From an uncultured delta proteobacterium (GTDB lineage: Bacteria; Desulfobacterota; Binatia; UBA9968): a stretch of 64,000 bases of DNA. The translations under genes and the position numbers were made by a program. How positions within the stretch are numbered: the stretch's first letter is position 1; each line of letters starts with the position of its first letter. Of this stretch, positions 41,040 to 51,962 are shown one piece after another. The notes beneath the pieces are model-generated. The model had not been told where the DNA came from and made no database searches. It saw only the letters and a list, made by a program, of their open reading frames with translations. The stretch is taken from positions 1-64,000 of the forward strand of contig CAWDPO010000010.1 of NCBI GenBank assembly GCA_963804165.1, in the 5' to 3' direction.

Positions 41040-42713
41040 ATGGCAGATCGAAGCCTGATCCACGCCGCCATCGCGCTGCGAGACTGCGCCTTCCTGAGTC
41101 TGATCCTACTGATATCGCTCCTCCTCTACATACGCGGTCTCGGCTTCTACAGCGATGACTGGGCATTCCTGAGCGCCTTATCGCACTCCGGTGCCAACTC
41201 GCTGATCGAGTTGTTCAGCGCTCTGTATGCCGACGAGAATATTCGCCAGCGCCCGCTGCAGGCGCTCCACCTAGCGTGGATGTACCGGGTGTCCGGCACT
41301 GACCCGCTCGGATATCACCTCGTCAACTCGGCGGTCTTCGTCGTCGCGGTATTACTCTTTTACCTATCACTCCGCGAGCTAAGACTGCCGCGCCTCGTCG
41401 TTCTCACCGTACCGCTGGTTTATGGGCTGTTGCCGCACTACTCGACCGACCGTTTCTGGGTTGCGGCATCCCAGGCGAACCTGAGCATGGCGCTATACTT
41501 CACCAGCCTGTATGCCGACTTAAGGGCGCTCCGGACGAGGCGCGCGCGCCGATGGAGCTGGAAGTTACTAAGTCTGGCGTGCCTGCTTGGCAGCACCCTC
41601 GCCTACGAGGTGGCGCTGCCGCTGTTTCTGTTCAACGCGGCGATGATCTGGTTGTACGCGCGAGGGTTATACATTCGAGAGCTGTCCGACTGGAGAGAGC
41701 AGGCGAGCGTCGCAGCAATGGTAGGCAGCAACTTGGTGATGCTGGTGTTGGTGCTAGGGTACAAGGCGGCAACGACAGGCCGCGCTGGGGGCTTCGCGAC
41801 AGGTTACGCCTCGCATTTGCTCTACGTTATTAAGCGAGCTGTGCTTATTGACTATGTCAGCCTCGGTATCGCCCTGCCGAATGTCGTGGCAAAGGTCTTG
41901 CGGCACCACGCCGACCCAGTGATGCTCGTCGTCGGCGTGGCACTCGGAGCGGCAGTCTTCGCTTACCTCTACCGCGCCGCCGGTCAGTCGGGAGACGGAA
42001 CACAGGCCGCGGGCGTGTGGCTGACGGTACTCGCCCTAAGCCCGGTCGTCTACTTCCTGGGCTATGCGGTCTTCGTTACGACGTCACAGTTCATGGTTCA
42101 TAAGACGGGCATCGCCAACCGCATAACGATTGCGGCAGCGGTCGGCGTGGCGATGTCTTTCGCGGGAGGGACGGGTTTGGCGAGCGCGCTGCTGCCTTCA
42201 GCGTGGCTGCGCAGAAGTGTCTTTCCTTCGGCTATCGCACTGCTATGCGTGTGCGGGTTCCTAATCATCAACGCCAACGCCAAGTTTTGGATCACCGCTT
42301 ATGCAGAACAGCAGCGGGTGCTCGCCAACATCCGCGCTAACATCACGTCGCTACCCGGAGGGAGCACTCTGATCCTCGACGGGACCTGCCCCTACATCGG
42401 GCCCGGCATCGTATTTGAGGGCGAGTGGGACTTAGCCGGAGCGTTACAGATGATCTACCATGATCCAATACTGCGGGCGGACGTCGTCACGCCGAAGCTG
42501 AGGGTGGGCGAAGACGGCCTCACGACTTCCATGTACGGCATCCCGAGCCACTATCGATATGGCGACAATCTGCTGCTCTACGACTTACGACGCAAGACAG
42601 TGGACAGGCTGGTTGACGCCGAGATAACCCGCCGCTACTTCACGGCCCGCAAGTTGGATCACAGCAGAGGTTGCCTAAAAGGTAGGGAAGGTCAGGGTGT
42701 ACCGCCTTTCTGA
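41040..42713 (+). CDS. Polytopic membrane protein, GT-C glycosyltransferase-like
   Basis: GFYSDDW early loop, RPL, GYHLVN, LAYE, many TM segments. Confidence 0.6.
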   Translation: MADRSLIHAAIALRDCAFLSLILLISLLLYIRGLGFYSDDWAFLSALSHSGANSLIELFSALYADENIRQRPLQALHLAWMYRVSGTDPLGYHLVNSAVFVVAVLLFYLSLRELRLPRLVVLTVPLVYGLLPHYSTDRFWVAASQANLSMALYFTSLYADLRALRTRRARRWSWKLLSLACLLGSTLAYEVALPLFLFNAAMIWLYARGLYIRELSDWREQASVAAMVGSNLVMLVLVLGYKAATTGRAGGFATGYASHLLYVIKRAVLIDYVSLGIALPNVVAKVLRHHADPVMLVVGVALGAAVFAYLYRAAGQSGDGTQAAGVWLTVLALSPVVYFLGYAVFVTTSQFMVHKTGIANRITIAAAVGVAMSFAGGTGLASALLPSAWLRRSVFPSAIALLCVCGFLIINANAKFWITAYAEQQRVLANIRANITSLPGGSTLILDGTCPYIGPGIVFEGEWDLAGALQMIYHDPILRADVVTPKLRVGEDGLTTSMYGIPSHYRYGDNLLLYDLRRKTVDRLVDAEITRRYFTARKLDHSRGCLKGREGQGVPPF

Positions 42714-42728
42714 TGCGTTAGATAGCCA

Positions 42729-43481
42729 ATGACTCACCGTGCTGCGCATAGTGTCCTGCTCGTTTTACTTTTTGCTGGTTGTGTCGGCGGTGCGTCATGC
42801 ACAAGGAGCAACACGCAGTCAATCCAAAGGAATGAAAATATGAGCAAGATCTTTTTCGACGTTGGTGTGTCGCTGGACGGCTATATCGCCGGACCCAATC
42901 GAGGACCGGGTAACCCGTTGGGCGACGGGGGTGCCGGCATTCACAAGTGGATGTTCCAAACGGCGAGCTTTCTTGAGCGCCTCGGTTTGTCAGGCGGAGA
43001 GACCTCGCCCGATGATAAACTTGTCAAGGAGGTGTTCGAGCGCACCGGCGCGTATGTGATGGGTAGACGCATGTTCGACGAGGGCGAGGTCGGCTGGCCC
43101 GAGAACCCACCTTTCCGTGCGCCCGTGTTTGTCCTCACACACTCCGCTCGCGATCCATGGCAGAGGAAGGGCGGAACGACATTCGTCTTCGTCACCGACG
43201 GCATCGCGAGCGCTTTAGAGCAGGCCAAGGCCGCCGCTGGCGCCAAGGATGTGCGAGTTTCCGGTGGCGCTGAAACCATCAGGCAGTTTATCGGATCCGG
43301 CCTCATCGATGAATTCACCCTTCACGTTGCTCCCGTGTTGTTGGGCACCGGCGTCCGGTTGATGGATCGCCTAAGTCCGGCCGACCTCAAACTGGAGCAG
43401 TCAGGCGTGAGTAGCTCACCGCTCGTCACCCACATCAAATACCGGGTACTACGGCCAAACCCGAATCAACATGACGCCTAA
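42729..43481 (+). CDS. RibD C-terminal / dihydrofolate reductase family protein (cassette-like; start may be 42840)
   Basis: VSLDGYIAGP, VMGRRMF, GGAETIRQF...LIDE..LHVAPVLLG.G; bounded by GTTAGAT (42717) and GCCTAAC (43476). Confidence 0.85.
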   Translation: MTHRAAHSVLLVLLFAGCVGGASCTRSNTQSIQRNENMSKIFFDVGVSLDGYIAGPNRGPGNPLGDGGAGIHKWMFQTASFLERLGLSGGETSPDDKLVKEVFERTGAYVMGRRMFDEGEVGWPENPPFRAPVFVLTHSARDPWQRKGGTTFVFVTDGIASALEQAKAAAGAKDVRVSGGAETIRQFIGSGLIDEFTLHVAPVLLGTGVRLMDRLSPADLKLEQSGVSSSPLVTHIKYRVLRPNPNQHDA

Positions 43482-43550
43482 CCCTGAGATCGAGCAGACC
43501 TCCGACGACCGCCCTACCCACACAAGCCGATAAATGATAATGATCGGCCC

Positions 43551-44828
43551 ATGCGATTGGATCTCGGTTGCATTCACATCAAAAATGTCCATTTCGGCGC
43601 TAAGACGGCGATCGAAAATCATAGCCTGTCGATCGATCGCCAAGAGTTAGTTTCGCTGCTCGAACCAGAACCGCTCTTCGATCGCGTCGAAATCGAGCTG
43701 GCCCATCCCGGCGAATCCTGCCGCATCATCCGCGTCCTCGATGTTGTCGAACCGCGTTATCGAATGAACGGGCCGAATTTTCCCGGCGCTCTCGATGCCA
43801 ACGGCCTTGTCGGCGACGGCCAGACGCGCGCGCTTAAAAATGTCGCCGTGGTCGAAACTGACCAGCTCGCGACCCGCTCGCGAAATATCATCGACATGAG
43901 CGGACCGGCGGCTGAATACTCCCCCATCGCCAACACGCACAATGTCGTCTTGCTGCCTTATCCGAAGCCAGGCGCCGACAAAGACGATTATCGCTTGGCC
44001 GTGAAGAAGGCCGGGTTGAAAACCGCGACGTATCTTGCAGCGGCGGCGAAGAGACGTCGCTCCTCATGAAACGCAAACCTTCGAGCTGCCGCCCGTCGCA
44101 TTCAATCAAGGGCCGAAAGATTTGCCGCGCATCGCCTATATTTTTCCGATGCATTCGCACCAGCATCCGACCCAGCAAAAAGAAACCGTCTTTTACGGCA
44201 GCAACATCCAGGGCTTCATGCCGACGATCGTTCATCCCAACGAGATCCTCGACGGCGCGCTGATGTTTTCTTACTCGGCATTTACCTGGTTCGCGCAGAA
44301 TCATCCGGTGATACTAGAGTTATATCGCCGCCACGGCGTCGACCTCTGGTTCGCCGGCGTCGTCCTCACCATCGCGCCGGTCACGATTGCTGAAAAGGAA
44401 CGCAACACCGCCCTCGCCGCGCGTCTGGCGAAAGAAGTCTTAAACGCCGATGGCATCATCGCGACCAAAATCGGCGGCGGAGCCGTCGATACCGACTTGA
44501 TGATGATCTACACGCGCGCTGAAGAGATGGGCATGAAAGCGACGCTGATCATCATGGAGCGCTATCCCGACACCGGCATCACTTTCGTGCCGGCGAACGT
44601 GAACGCGCTCGTCACGCCCGGACTAACGCGCGATGCGATTACGCTGCCCGCCGTCGAGCGCGTCATCGGCGGCGACACGATCGCATTGGACAACTCCAAT
44701 CCCGGACAACAGCAATCCTGGCATCACGCTGGCTGCCGGCGAATGAAGAATTGAATCTTTGGATCGGCGACATCGTCGGCGCCATCAGCCAGGTCGGCGC
44801 ATCGCGGCTGACGACGTACATGAGTTAA
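43551..44828 (+). CDS. Glycine/sarcosine/betaine reductase component B, GrdE/GrdI-like subunit (frameshifts near 44045 and 44710)
   Basis: LAHPGESCRII.VLDVVEPR, IIDMSGPAAEYSP, PTIVHPNEILDGA, QNHPVILELY.RHG. Confidence 0.8.
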
Positions 44829-45038
44829 GAAACTCAGAATGATTCCCGAAAGGCGCAAAGACGCAAAGTTAGAAACAAATTCATTTCGACACGAAAACTA
44901 GGACAAACTCCAGGAGAAATCGTTTCAGCGTTTTGAGTTTTGAATGACGGACTTGCCCGTCAGTTTGCGCTTTTGCGCCTTTGCGGGAAAATTCGATTTC
45001 GGATAATTCAGCGAACGTTGCGCATCGGAGATAACGGC

Positions 45039-46332
45039 ATGAGCACAAAAGATCCGCGTCGTCCATTACTTGAATCAGTTCTTCGCCCAGATCGGCGGCG
45101 AAGACAAAGCCGACGTCGGCCCGCGGATCAAAGCCGGACTTGTCGGCCCCGGCCGCGCGCTGCAACAAGCGCTCGGCGAGCAACGGCGAAGTCGTCGCGA
45201 CGATATTTTGCGGCGATAATTATTTCGCCGAGCACCAAGACGAAGGCGATCGATGCAATTGATCCAACAAATGGCCGAGTACAAACCGGATTTGCTGATC
45301 GCCGGTCCGGCTTTCGAGAGCGGCCGTTATGGAATCGCTTGCGGCGCGATCTGCCAAGCCGCGCAGCAGCAGCTCGGCATCGCGGCCGTGGCGGGAATGG
45401 ACGAAGACAACGTCGGCGCGAGCCTGTATCGGAAAAATATCTACATCATCAATTCAGGCGCCACCATCGTCCGCATGGTGCCCACGCTTCAGCGCATGGC
45501 CGCGCTGGGAGTGAAACTCGTTCGCCGCGAGACGATCGGCAAACCTGAAAATGAAGGTTATCTGCCGCGCGGCATCAAGCGCAACGAATTTGCCGCCAAA
45601 CCTCCCGCGAGCGCGCCGTCGACATGCTGCTGGCCAAATTGCGCGGCGATGAATTTCATTCAGAGATCGCCCCGCCACAATTTGCCGGCAGCAAACCGGC
45701 CGCGCCGCTGCACGAATCTCAAGTCGGCGGTCATCGCGCTGGTAACCGACGGCGGCTTGGTGCCCGAAGGCAATCCGGACAAAATCGAGCCCGGCCGGCC
45801 GACGCGCTTCACGACCATCCCTATCGCAGGCGTGAATTCTCTCGACGCGGATAAATATGACGCCGTTCATTCCGGTTACGACACGGCGATTCGCCAATCG
45901 CGACCCGAACCGCTTGGTGCCGCTCGACACCATGCGCGATCTCGAACGCGAAGGCGTGATCGGCAAGCTCCATGAGTTCGTCCATTCCACCGGCGGCGCT
46001 CACGCCGCTGTGGAAAACGCCACGACCATCGGTAAAGACATAGCTCAGCGTCTGAAAGCCGCCGGGGTCACCGGCGTGATCCTCACCTCGACCTGAGGCT
46101 CCAGCACTCGCTGCGGCGCAGCGATCAGCAAAGAAATCGAAAAACTGGAGATTCCGGTCACGCAAATCTGCACGATGATCCCGGTGGCGAAAGAAGTCGG
46201 CTCGCTGCGCGCGATCGCCTCCGGGGGGATCGTCAGCCCGACCGGCAACCCGAGTTGACCCCGGAAAAAGAAAAAGAGTTCAGGCGTGAGTTGATTCTTC
46301 GCGCGCTGCAAACGTTGCAAGAAGAAGTCTGA
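45039..46332 (+). CDS. grdB: Glycine/sarcosine/betaine reductase selenoprotein B-like (in-frame TGA at 46094 read as Sec; several frameshifts)
   Basis: IRVVHYLNQFFAQIGGEDKAD, AGPAF..GRYG.ACG, ALVTDGG.VP.GNPDKIE, DPNRLVPLD, VILTST-U-GSSTRCGA. Confidence 0.82.
46108..46124 (+). promoter_or_regulatory. Putative bacterial SECIS hairpin
   Basis: TCGCTGC-GGC-GCAGCGA perfect 7-bp stem starting 11 nt after the UGA. Confidence 0.7.
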
Positions 46333-46549
46333 AAGAAACATTGACCACGAAGACCTGCAATGTTTAACAGGCTCTGAAGATTCGGAATGCTTCGACATGC
46401 TCCGCATGAACGGAAACGCTAGTATCCTCCCTCCGTTCGTCCAGCGCCGTCGAAGGACTCCTAACCATCTGTTAGACTTCTCAGCTTCGTGCTCCTCGTG
46501 ACCTTTGTGGTTAAATCGAATTGTTCGAGTTGAGTCAGCGGAGCCGGCA

Positions 46550-47548
46550 ATGAAACTACAAAAACTATTGCTCGGTTTGGCCATTTGCTGCGCGGTATTC
46601 AGTTTGAACGTTTCCGCCGCGACCGCACAGGACGTTGTCGCCGGCGCGAAAAAAGAAGGGAACCTCGTCCTCTATCTTTCGACGAACCTCACCGACGCCA
46701 ACGGCATGGTCCAACTTTTCAAGCAGAAATATCCCTTTATCAACGTAAACCTCTTTCGCGCCGATAACGAAAAACTATTGAACCGAATCCTCACCGAATC
46801 GGCCACGGGAAAATTCAACGGCGATACCATCATGATCAGCAGCTTCGAAGTCCGCGTGTTGCTGCAGAAAAAGCTCTTGCAGAAATATGTCTCGCCGCAC
46901 AGCCAATATTATCCCGAAGGCTTCACCGACAAAGACGGCTCTTGGACCAGCGTCTACTCGATCCCGAGGGTCATTGCCTACAATACGAATCTGGTCAAAC
47001 CCGACGTCGCGCCAAAAACATTCGACGATGTGCTCAATCCGCGCTGGAAAGGCGGATTCGGCCTGTCGGACAGCGCAACGCTCTGGTACACCGGCTTTTT
47101 GAAATTTGTTGGCGAAGAAAAGGGTCGCGACTTCATGCGCAAGCTCGCCGCCCAAAAGCCAGCGTTTCGCGACAGTGAAACCGTGATCATGCAGCTGCTC
47201 GGGGCAGGTGAGTTTCCCTTGGGTCTGGTCTACTCACACCAAGCGGCAACGATGAAGAAACGCGGCGCGCCAGTAGAATGGGTACGCACGGCGCTACCCA
47301 TCGTTACGGGACTGAAACCGATTGCGCTCAGCGCTAAAGCCCAACACCCAAACGCAGGCAAGCTGTTCATCGATATGGCGCTATCCAAGGAAGGCCAGGA
47401 GCTGATCAAAAGCTTCAACCGCATTCCCGACCGTGGCGACGTGACATCAGAGCTGAAGGAAGGAACCAAGCTCTTTCCCGCCGATCCACGCTGGGGGGAC
47501 AGCTACGGCAAATACGTCGACGAGTTTCGCGAAATCTTTTTCAAGTGA
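46550..47548 (+). CDS. Extracellular solute-binding protein (Fe3+-type ABC family)
   Basis: AKKEGNLVLY, YNTNLV, DVLNPRWKG, HPNAGKLFID..LSKEGQ. Confidence 0.88.
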   Translation: MKLQKLLLGLAICCAVFSLNVSAATAQDVVAGAKKEGNLVLYLSTNLTDANGMVQLFKQKYPFINVNLFRADNEKLLNRILTESATGKFNGDTIMISSFEVRVLLQKKLLQKYVSPHSQYYPEGFTDKDGSWTSVYSIPRVIAYNTNLVKPDVAPKTFDDVLNPRWKGGFGLSDSATLWYTGFLKFVGEEKGRDFMRKLAAQKPAFRDSETVIMQLLGAGEFPLGLVYSHQAATMKKRGAPVEWVRTALPIVTGLKPIALSAKAQHPNAGKLFIDMALSKEGQELIKSFNRIPDRGDVTSELKEGTKLFPADPRWGDSYGKYVDEFREIFFK

Positions 47549-47679
47549 AAGCACGGTCTGCAGTGGGTTTTCGAATACTTCGTCCTTTGTGGTTGAGTCG
47601 CCCATTGATCGATTGACGAAACCATCCGAAACGTCGTAAACACCGATCACAAGCTGCAATACTTTCGAGGTAAACCCCT

Positions 47680-49368
47680 ATGTACGATCTAATTCTCAAA
47701 GGCGGACGCGTTTACGACGGCTCGGGCATGCCGTCCTTTATCGGCGACGTGGCGATTGCCAACGGACGGATCGAAGAGATCGGTCGAATCAACGGTGCAG
47801 CCGATCGCGTGCTCGACGTCGGCGGTCTCGCCGTCGCGCCGGGTATCATCGATTTTCACACCCACTTCGACGCGCAACTGTGGTGGGATCCACTGGCGTC
47901 ATCGTCGACCGAACACGGCGTTACCACCGTTGTGATGGGTAATTGCGGCCTGACACTGGCGCCGTGCAAGCCGGAGAGCCGCGATGCGTTGATCGGCACC
48001 TTTGTGCGAGTAGAGGACATGCCGCGCCAAAGCTTGCAAACCGGCATTCCCTGGGAGTGGACGACCCACGGCGAATATCTCGATGCTCTGGAGCGAAAGC
48101 CGCTTGGACTCAACGTCGCGACGCTCGTCGGCCACTGCGCCGTGCGCCAGTTTGCGATGGGCGAAGCCAGCGTCGAGCGCGAGGCCAACGACGCCGAGAT
48201 TGCCGAGATGGAAGAGTTGGTGCGCCACGGTATGCGGGCCGGCGCCTTCGGCTTCTCGACCAATGCCAACCAGCGCCACTACCGCGAAGATGGCAAGCCG
48301 GTAGCCAGTCGCTCCGCCGGTCTCGACGAAATCGCGCGCCTGTGCCGCGTGGTCGGCGAAGCCCGGAGCGGCCTGGTGCAGTTCACCCACGGCGCCTTCG
48401 CCGCACCCGAACATGTCGCACGCATCGGCCAATGGTACGACACGATCCTCAAGGAGACCCAGCGGCCACTGATCGGCGAAAGTATCCGTCACTTCTGGAG
48501 CGAGCCGGATTTATGGCGCAAGCAATTGAACGACGTCGAAGAGCGCTGCCGGCAAGGCTATGCGGCGTATGCGATGACCAGCACACGACGCACGCTGCGG
48601 CGTTGGACGTTGAAGGATTCGAGCCGGTTCGACGAAATGCCCGCGTGGAAGAATCTGATGACATTGCCTTTGGAACAGCGCAAGGAGAACTTTAGCAACC
48701 CGCAAACCAGGCTCGAGCTGGTCAAAGCAATGGCAGAAAGCAAACCAATTAGCTTCTCCCGCCGCTGGAATTTAATCTCCGTCAAGAAAGCCACTCGTGC
48801 GGAAAACAAACCGCTCGAAGGCAAAAGCATCGACGAGCTAGCCCGACTCCGAGCAAAGGCTCCCATCGACGCCTTCCTAGACTTAGCTCTCGGGGAAGAC
48901 TTGGACACGACCTTCGAAGATACCGCGACACAGGGCGATGAGCAGGCGGTGAAAGAAATTTTCTCTAGCCCGCATGTCTTGCTCGGTCAGTCCGACGCCG
49001 GCGCCCACGTCGCCAACGCCAACCCGGGTTTCGGCTTCGCCACAACCATGCTCGCGTACTGGGTGCGCGAGCGGCAGATCATGAGTTTAGAAGACGCAAT
49101 TAAAAAACTGACGTTCCTGCCGGCCTCGATCTTCGGCATCCACGAACGCGGCCTGCTGCGCCGCGGCCTGGCCGCCGACCTTTTCGTCTTCGACCCAACG
49201 ACGATCGATTTGCTTCCGCCGGAAAAAATCAACGATCTTCCCGAAGGCGCCTCGCGCTACATTCAGCGCGCCAAAGGAATCCAATATACCGTCGTCAACG
49301 GCTCCGTCCTGATGAAAAACGGCACCCACACGGGCGTGTATCCGGGTAGTGTGCTCCGAAGTGCTTAG
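47680..49368 (+). CDS. N-acyl-D-amino-acid deacylase-like amidohydrolase
   Basis: PGIIDFHTHFD, TTVVMGNCG, SDAGAH, RGLLRRG..AD. Confidence 0.88.
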   Translation: MYDLILKGGRVYDGSGMPSFIGDVAIANGRIEEIGRINGAADRVLDVGGLAVAPGIIDFHTHFDAQLWWDPLASSSTEHGVTTVVMGNCGLTLAPCKPESRDALIGTFVRVEDMPRQSLQTGIPWEWTTHGEYLDALERKPLGLNVATLVGHCAVRQFAMGEASVEREANDAEIAEMEELVRHGMRAGAFGFSTNANQRHYREDGKPVASRSAGLDEIARLCRVVGEARSGLVQFTHGAFAAPEHVARIGQWYDTILKETQRPLIGESIRHFWSEPDLWRKQLNDVEERCRQGYAAYAMTSTRRTLRRWTLKDSSRFDEMPAWKNLMTLPLEQRKENFSNPQTRLELVKAMAESKPISFSRRWNLISVKKATRAENKPLEGKSIDELARLRAKAPIDAFLDLALGEDLDTTFEDTATQGDEQAVKEIFSSPHVLLGQSDAGAHVANANPGFGFATTMLAYWVRERQIMSLEDAIKKLTFLPASIFGIHERGLLRRGLAADLFVFDPTTIDLLPPEKINDLPEGASRYIQRAKGIQYTVVNGSVLMKNGTHTGVYPGSVLRSA

Positions 49369-49609
49369 TGAAAATGTCTCGAGTAAGAAGCATCCGTTTG
49401 TCGCTAAAATTTTTCTGACACATGGATACCCACTTGGGCTCGTTTTCGTCACAGCTCGTAATAGGAATTAAAACGAAGGTGATCTAAATATCAGTGTGGA
49501 TGCGGAATTGTCGCACTCGAAAAATCGCTAGGTAGGCGGCTTTTATTCGGTTATAAGGCGCTTCAGGTATCCCAAAATCGAGTCGAAGGAGAAATCGGTT
49601 CAATCGTAG

Positions 49610-49669
49610 GCTTAACGCGAAAGCTCAGCGGCGCGGTTTATCCGCGTCCGCTGCAGCGTCTTGTTCGGC
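49610..49669 (-). other. attC site (60 bp)
   Basis: Minus strand GCCGAACaagacgctgcagcggacgcggataaaccgcgccgctgagctttcgcGTTAAGC. Confidence 0.9.
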
Positions 49670-50899
49670 CCGTGCCTGCGATGTCTTTGACAATTCTAGG
49701 CGTGCAGCTACAAGTTTGGCAATGTCTTTATGTCCATGTTCGTTTGGGTGTCCGTCGTGTGAAACCTGATATGGCTGAATTCCTGTCGCAAGTTGTCCTT
49801 GCAGCACTGGCAACGCATCCAGATATTCAATGCCGTTATATTCAAGAAAGTCCTTTGTAATCGTCCAAACGCGCTTCTCATTTTCTGTAAGGCTGCGATA
49901 ACTCATTGAGGGATTTTGCCAAAGTTGGCGGAACACCGCCTCCTTGGTAGGGATCAGCACAACGAGGAACCAGATATTCCTTGCGGCAGCAAACTCATTC
50001 ATTCTCTGTAATGCTCGCAATGAAATTTCAAGCCCTTCTGCAATTCTGGGATCTCCAAGATTAAGCGCTGAGAGACGATACTCGCTTGTAAAAACGGTTT
50101 TGAACTCTCCATTACTAAACACCTGGCAGTATGCCGGATGCAGTGCCGCAAATGCCTTTGCCATCTCCCATTTCTCTTGAGGAGTGTTGTTTGGTTTATT
50201 AACCAAACGCGTAGTCTCATACCAAGCCCTTTCCAAAAGGCCGTAGATCTTCGAGTGTTGCGAAAGTAATCTCTGCAACCTCTGGGGGGAGAAACGAGTG
50301 ACAGGTATTGTTCCCATCTCAAACATTCGCGATACACGTTTGCCAATGGGCTCGGACTGCTCCGCTTCTCGTACACTCGCTTGCAACTGGGGATCGGAGC
50401 TTTTCAGCTCACGAAGTTGCCCCTTGTTGTATACAAGGTCGAATGAATCAAACAGATCATTGCCTGCATAAAAAGCCTCGATGACAATTTTCGGTGATAA
50501 CGCAACAGCCTCGTCCCACAGAACAAGGCTGTGAGTAGGCCCATAGCCACCGTAGGCCATGCTATATACTGTTTTCCCAGTCATTGATTCCAATTGCCTT
50601 GGCCACGCGTCCTCTGGTTTCACTCCATCGCCATAAGTTTGTGAATCTCCTAGCGCAACGATATACGCCTTGGCCGGTACTTTCGGATTTCGAAAACCTT
50701 TAGCGTCGTGACCTGGGTAGGCGGGATTCGGTCGATGACGGAGGCGTGCATCAGGAACAGCAGAGGTCCAGGGTGATGCAAGCATCTGATCAACCTTTGG
50801 TGACACGAACGCCAATAGCCGCAGAACTACCTCGATCAACCCAATAACCAAAAGGACTGAAACTACGCCAAAGAAAGCCTGCCTTTTATTAACCTTCAT
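49625..50899 (-). CDS. SGNH/GDSL hydrolase-family protein in a gene cassette
   Basis: ALGDSQTYG, AYGGYG, YAGND, DGHPN; lower GC than flanks; reads into attC; cassette begins at GTTCGGC (minus strand 50948-50942). Confidence 0.85.
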   Translation of the reverse strand: MKVNKRQAFFGVVSVLLVIGLIEVVLRLLAFVSPKVDQMLASPWTSAVPDARLRHRPNPAYPGHDAKGFRNPKVPAKAYIVALGDSQTYGDGVKPEDAWPRQLESMTGKTVYSMAYGGYGPTHSLVLWDEAVALSPKIVIEAFYAGNDLFDSFDLVYNKGQLRELKSSDPQLQASVREAEQSEPIGKRVSRMFEMGTIPVTRFSPQRLQRLLSQHSKIYGLLERAWYETTRLVNKPNNTPQEKWEMAKAFAALHPAYCQVFSNGEFKTVFTSEYRLSALNLGDPRIAEGLEISLRALQRMNEFAAARNIWFLVVLIPTKEAVFRQLWQNPSMSYRSLTENEKRVWTITKDFLEYNGIEYLDALPVLQGQLATGIQPYQVSHDGHPNEHGHKDIAKLVAARLELSKTSQARAEQDAAADADKPRR

Positions 50900-51435
50900 G
50901 CGCGACTCGTTGCCATGGATAAAAGTGTTCTGTGCTGTGACGCCGAACTATTAAGTGAGCCGCCGCAGGAGGCGACAAATGCCGATTGCCTATCTCGACC
51001 TCTCAAATTACAGACGAGTCACAATATCGTTTACTTGCGCAAAGCATCAAGAATGATTCTGACCGCCAAAAACAGCGCTGATAGCGACCTATCCCCCTAC
51101 TGCCCGCAGCCCATTTCGCCTGCTAGACCAGGGTCAAGCTCGGTAATCGCCGTAGCATTGAACTGATCGACGCTACAAATCGATATCGGTGCCATCCAGA
51201 GCGCTCTGAGAAATATGGGTGAGGCGGATCTGTGCGCGCCGGATCCGCCGATATATATTTATTGACCGACCATTTTACCGACACACTGACAACTGCCCGT
51301 TTCGAGTTCGCGGTTAGACCGAAAAAATGGGACCGGAAAGGGGCAGGCAACTCATTGCCGAAATACCTGGAAATCAGTGGCCAGTCTCCAACCTTTGCGT
51401 TCTTTGCGGTCAAAAATCCTTTATAGACGTACTTT

Positions 51436-51570
51436 CTATTTCCCCGGATAGCGCTTCGCCATCTCGTTGAAGAAGCCTTCCTTCTCCAGTTCCTGCAGGA
51501 AGCTCATGTCGACGAACTGCTCGGGTTTCGCCGTTTTCGCCTGTGGCATCGTCGGGTAAGTTTCCTCGGC
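51436..51570 (-). pseudogene. Duplicate of the 3' end of the ABC binding protein gene (55302-55480)
   Basis: TMPQAKTAKPEQFVDMSFLQELEKEGFFNEMAKRYPGK identical at protein level. Confidence 0.92.
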
Positions 51571-51639
51571 ATGCCATTGAGTTAGGCTTGGTGGGAGCTC
51601 CCCATCAATTAATGACCTTGTCCGTTCGCGCCAGCACAT

Positions 51640-51800
51640 TCGGGACGACCGTCAGGTCGATCTGCTTGCCTGCTGCAGATTGATGATCAACTCGCACTTC
51701 GTCGGCTGCTCGATCAGCAGCTCAGCAGCCTTGGGGCCCCCTTCAGAATCTTGTCGACATACGTAGCGGGACGCCGCCACAAATCGGCAATGCTCACGCC
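51640..51800 (-). pseudogene. Degenerate C-terminal fragment of an ABC_sub_bind family gene
   Basis: ADLWRRPATYVDKILKG / AELLIEQPTKCELIINL. Confidence 0.75.
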
Positions 51801-51962
51801 GCAGGTCACAAGGCGGTCTCTTCCACAAATCCCTTCCTTCTGTACTGTCGGCAGCCGGCGAGCGACGGAGAGGTGGCGGAAAGGGTATGCTGGAGATGCT
51901 ACGGTCCATGGCCACGAATCGTACTTCGCACTCCGGAGCAAAGCGTCCGGGTTGCTCGGCCG

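Noticed and set aside
42729-43481. dfr trimethoprim resistance cassette
   Set aside because: The sequence fits the RibD C-terminal-like family, not DfrA or DfrB.
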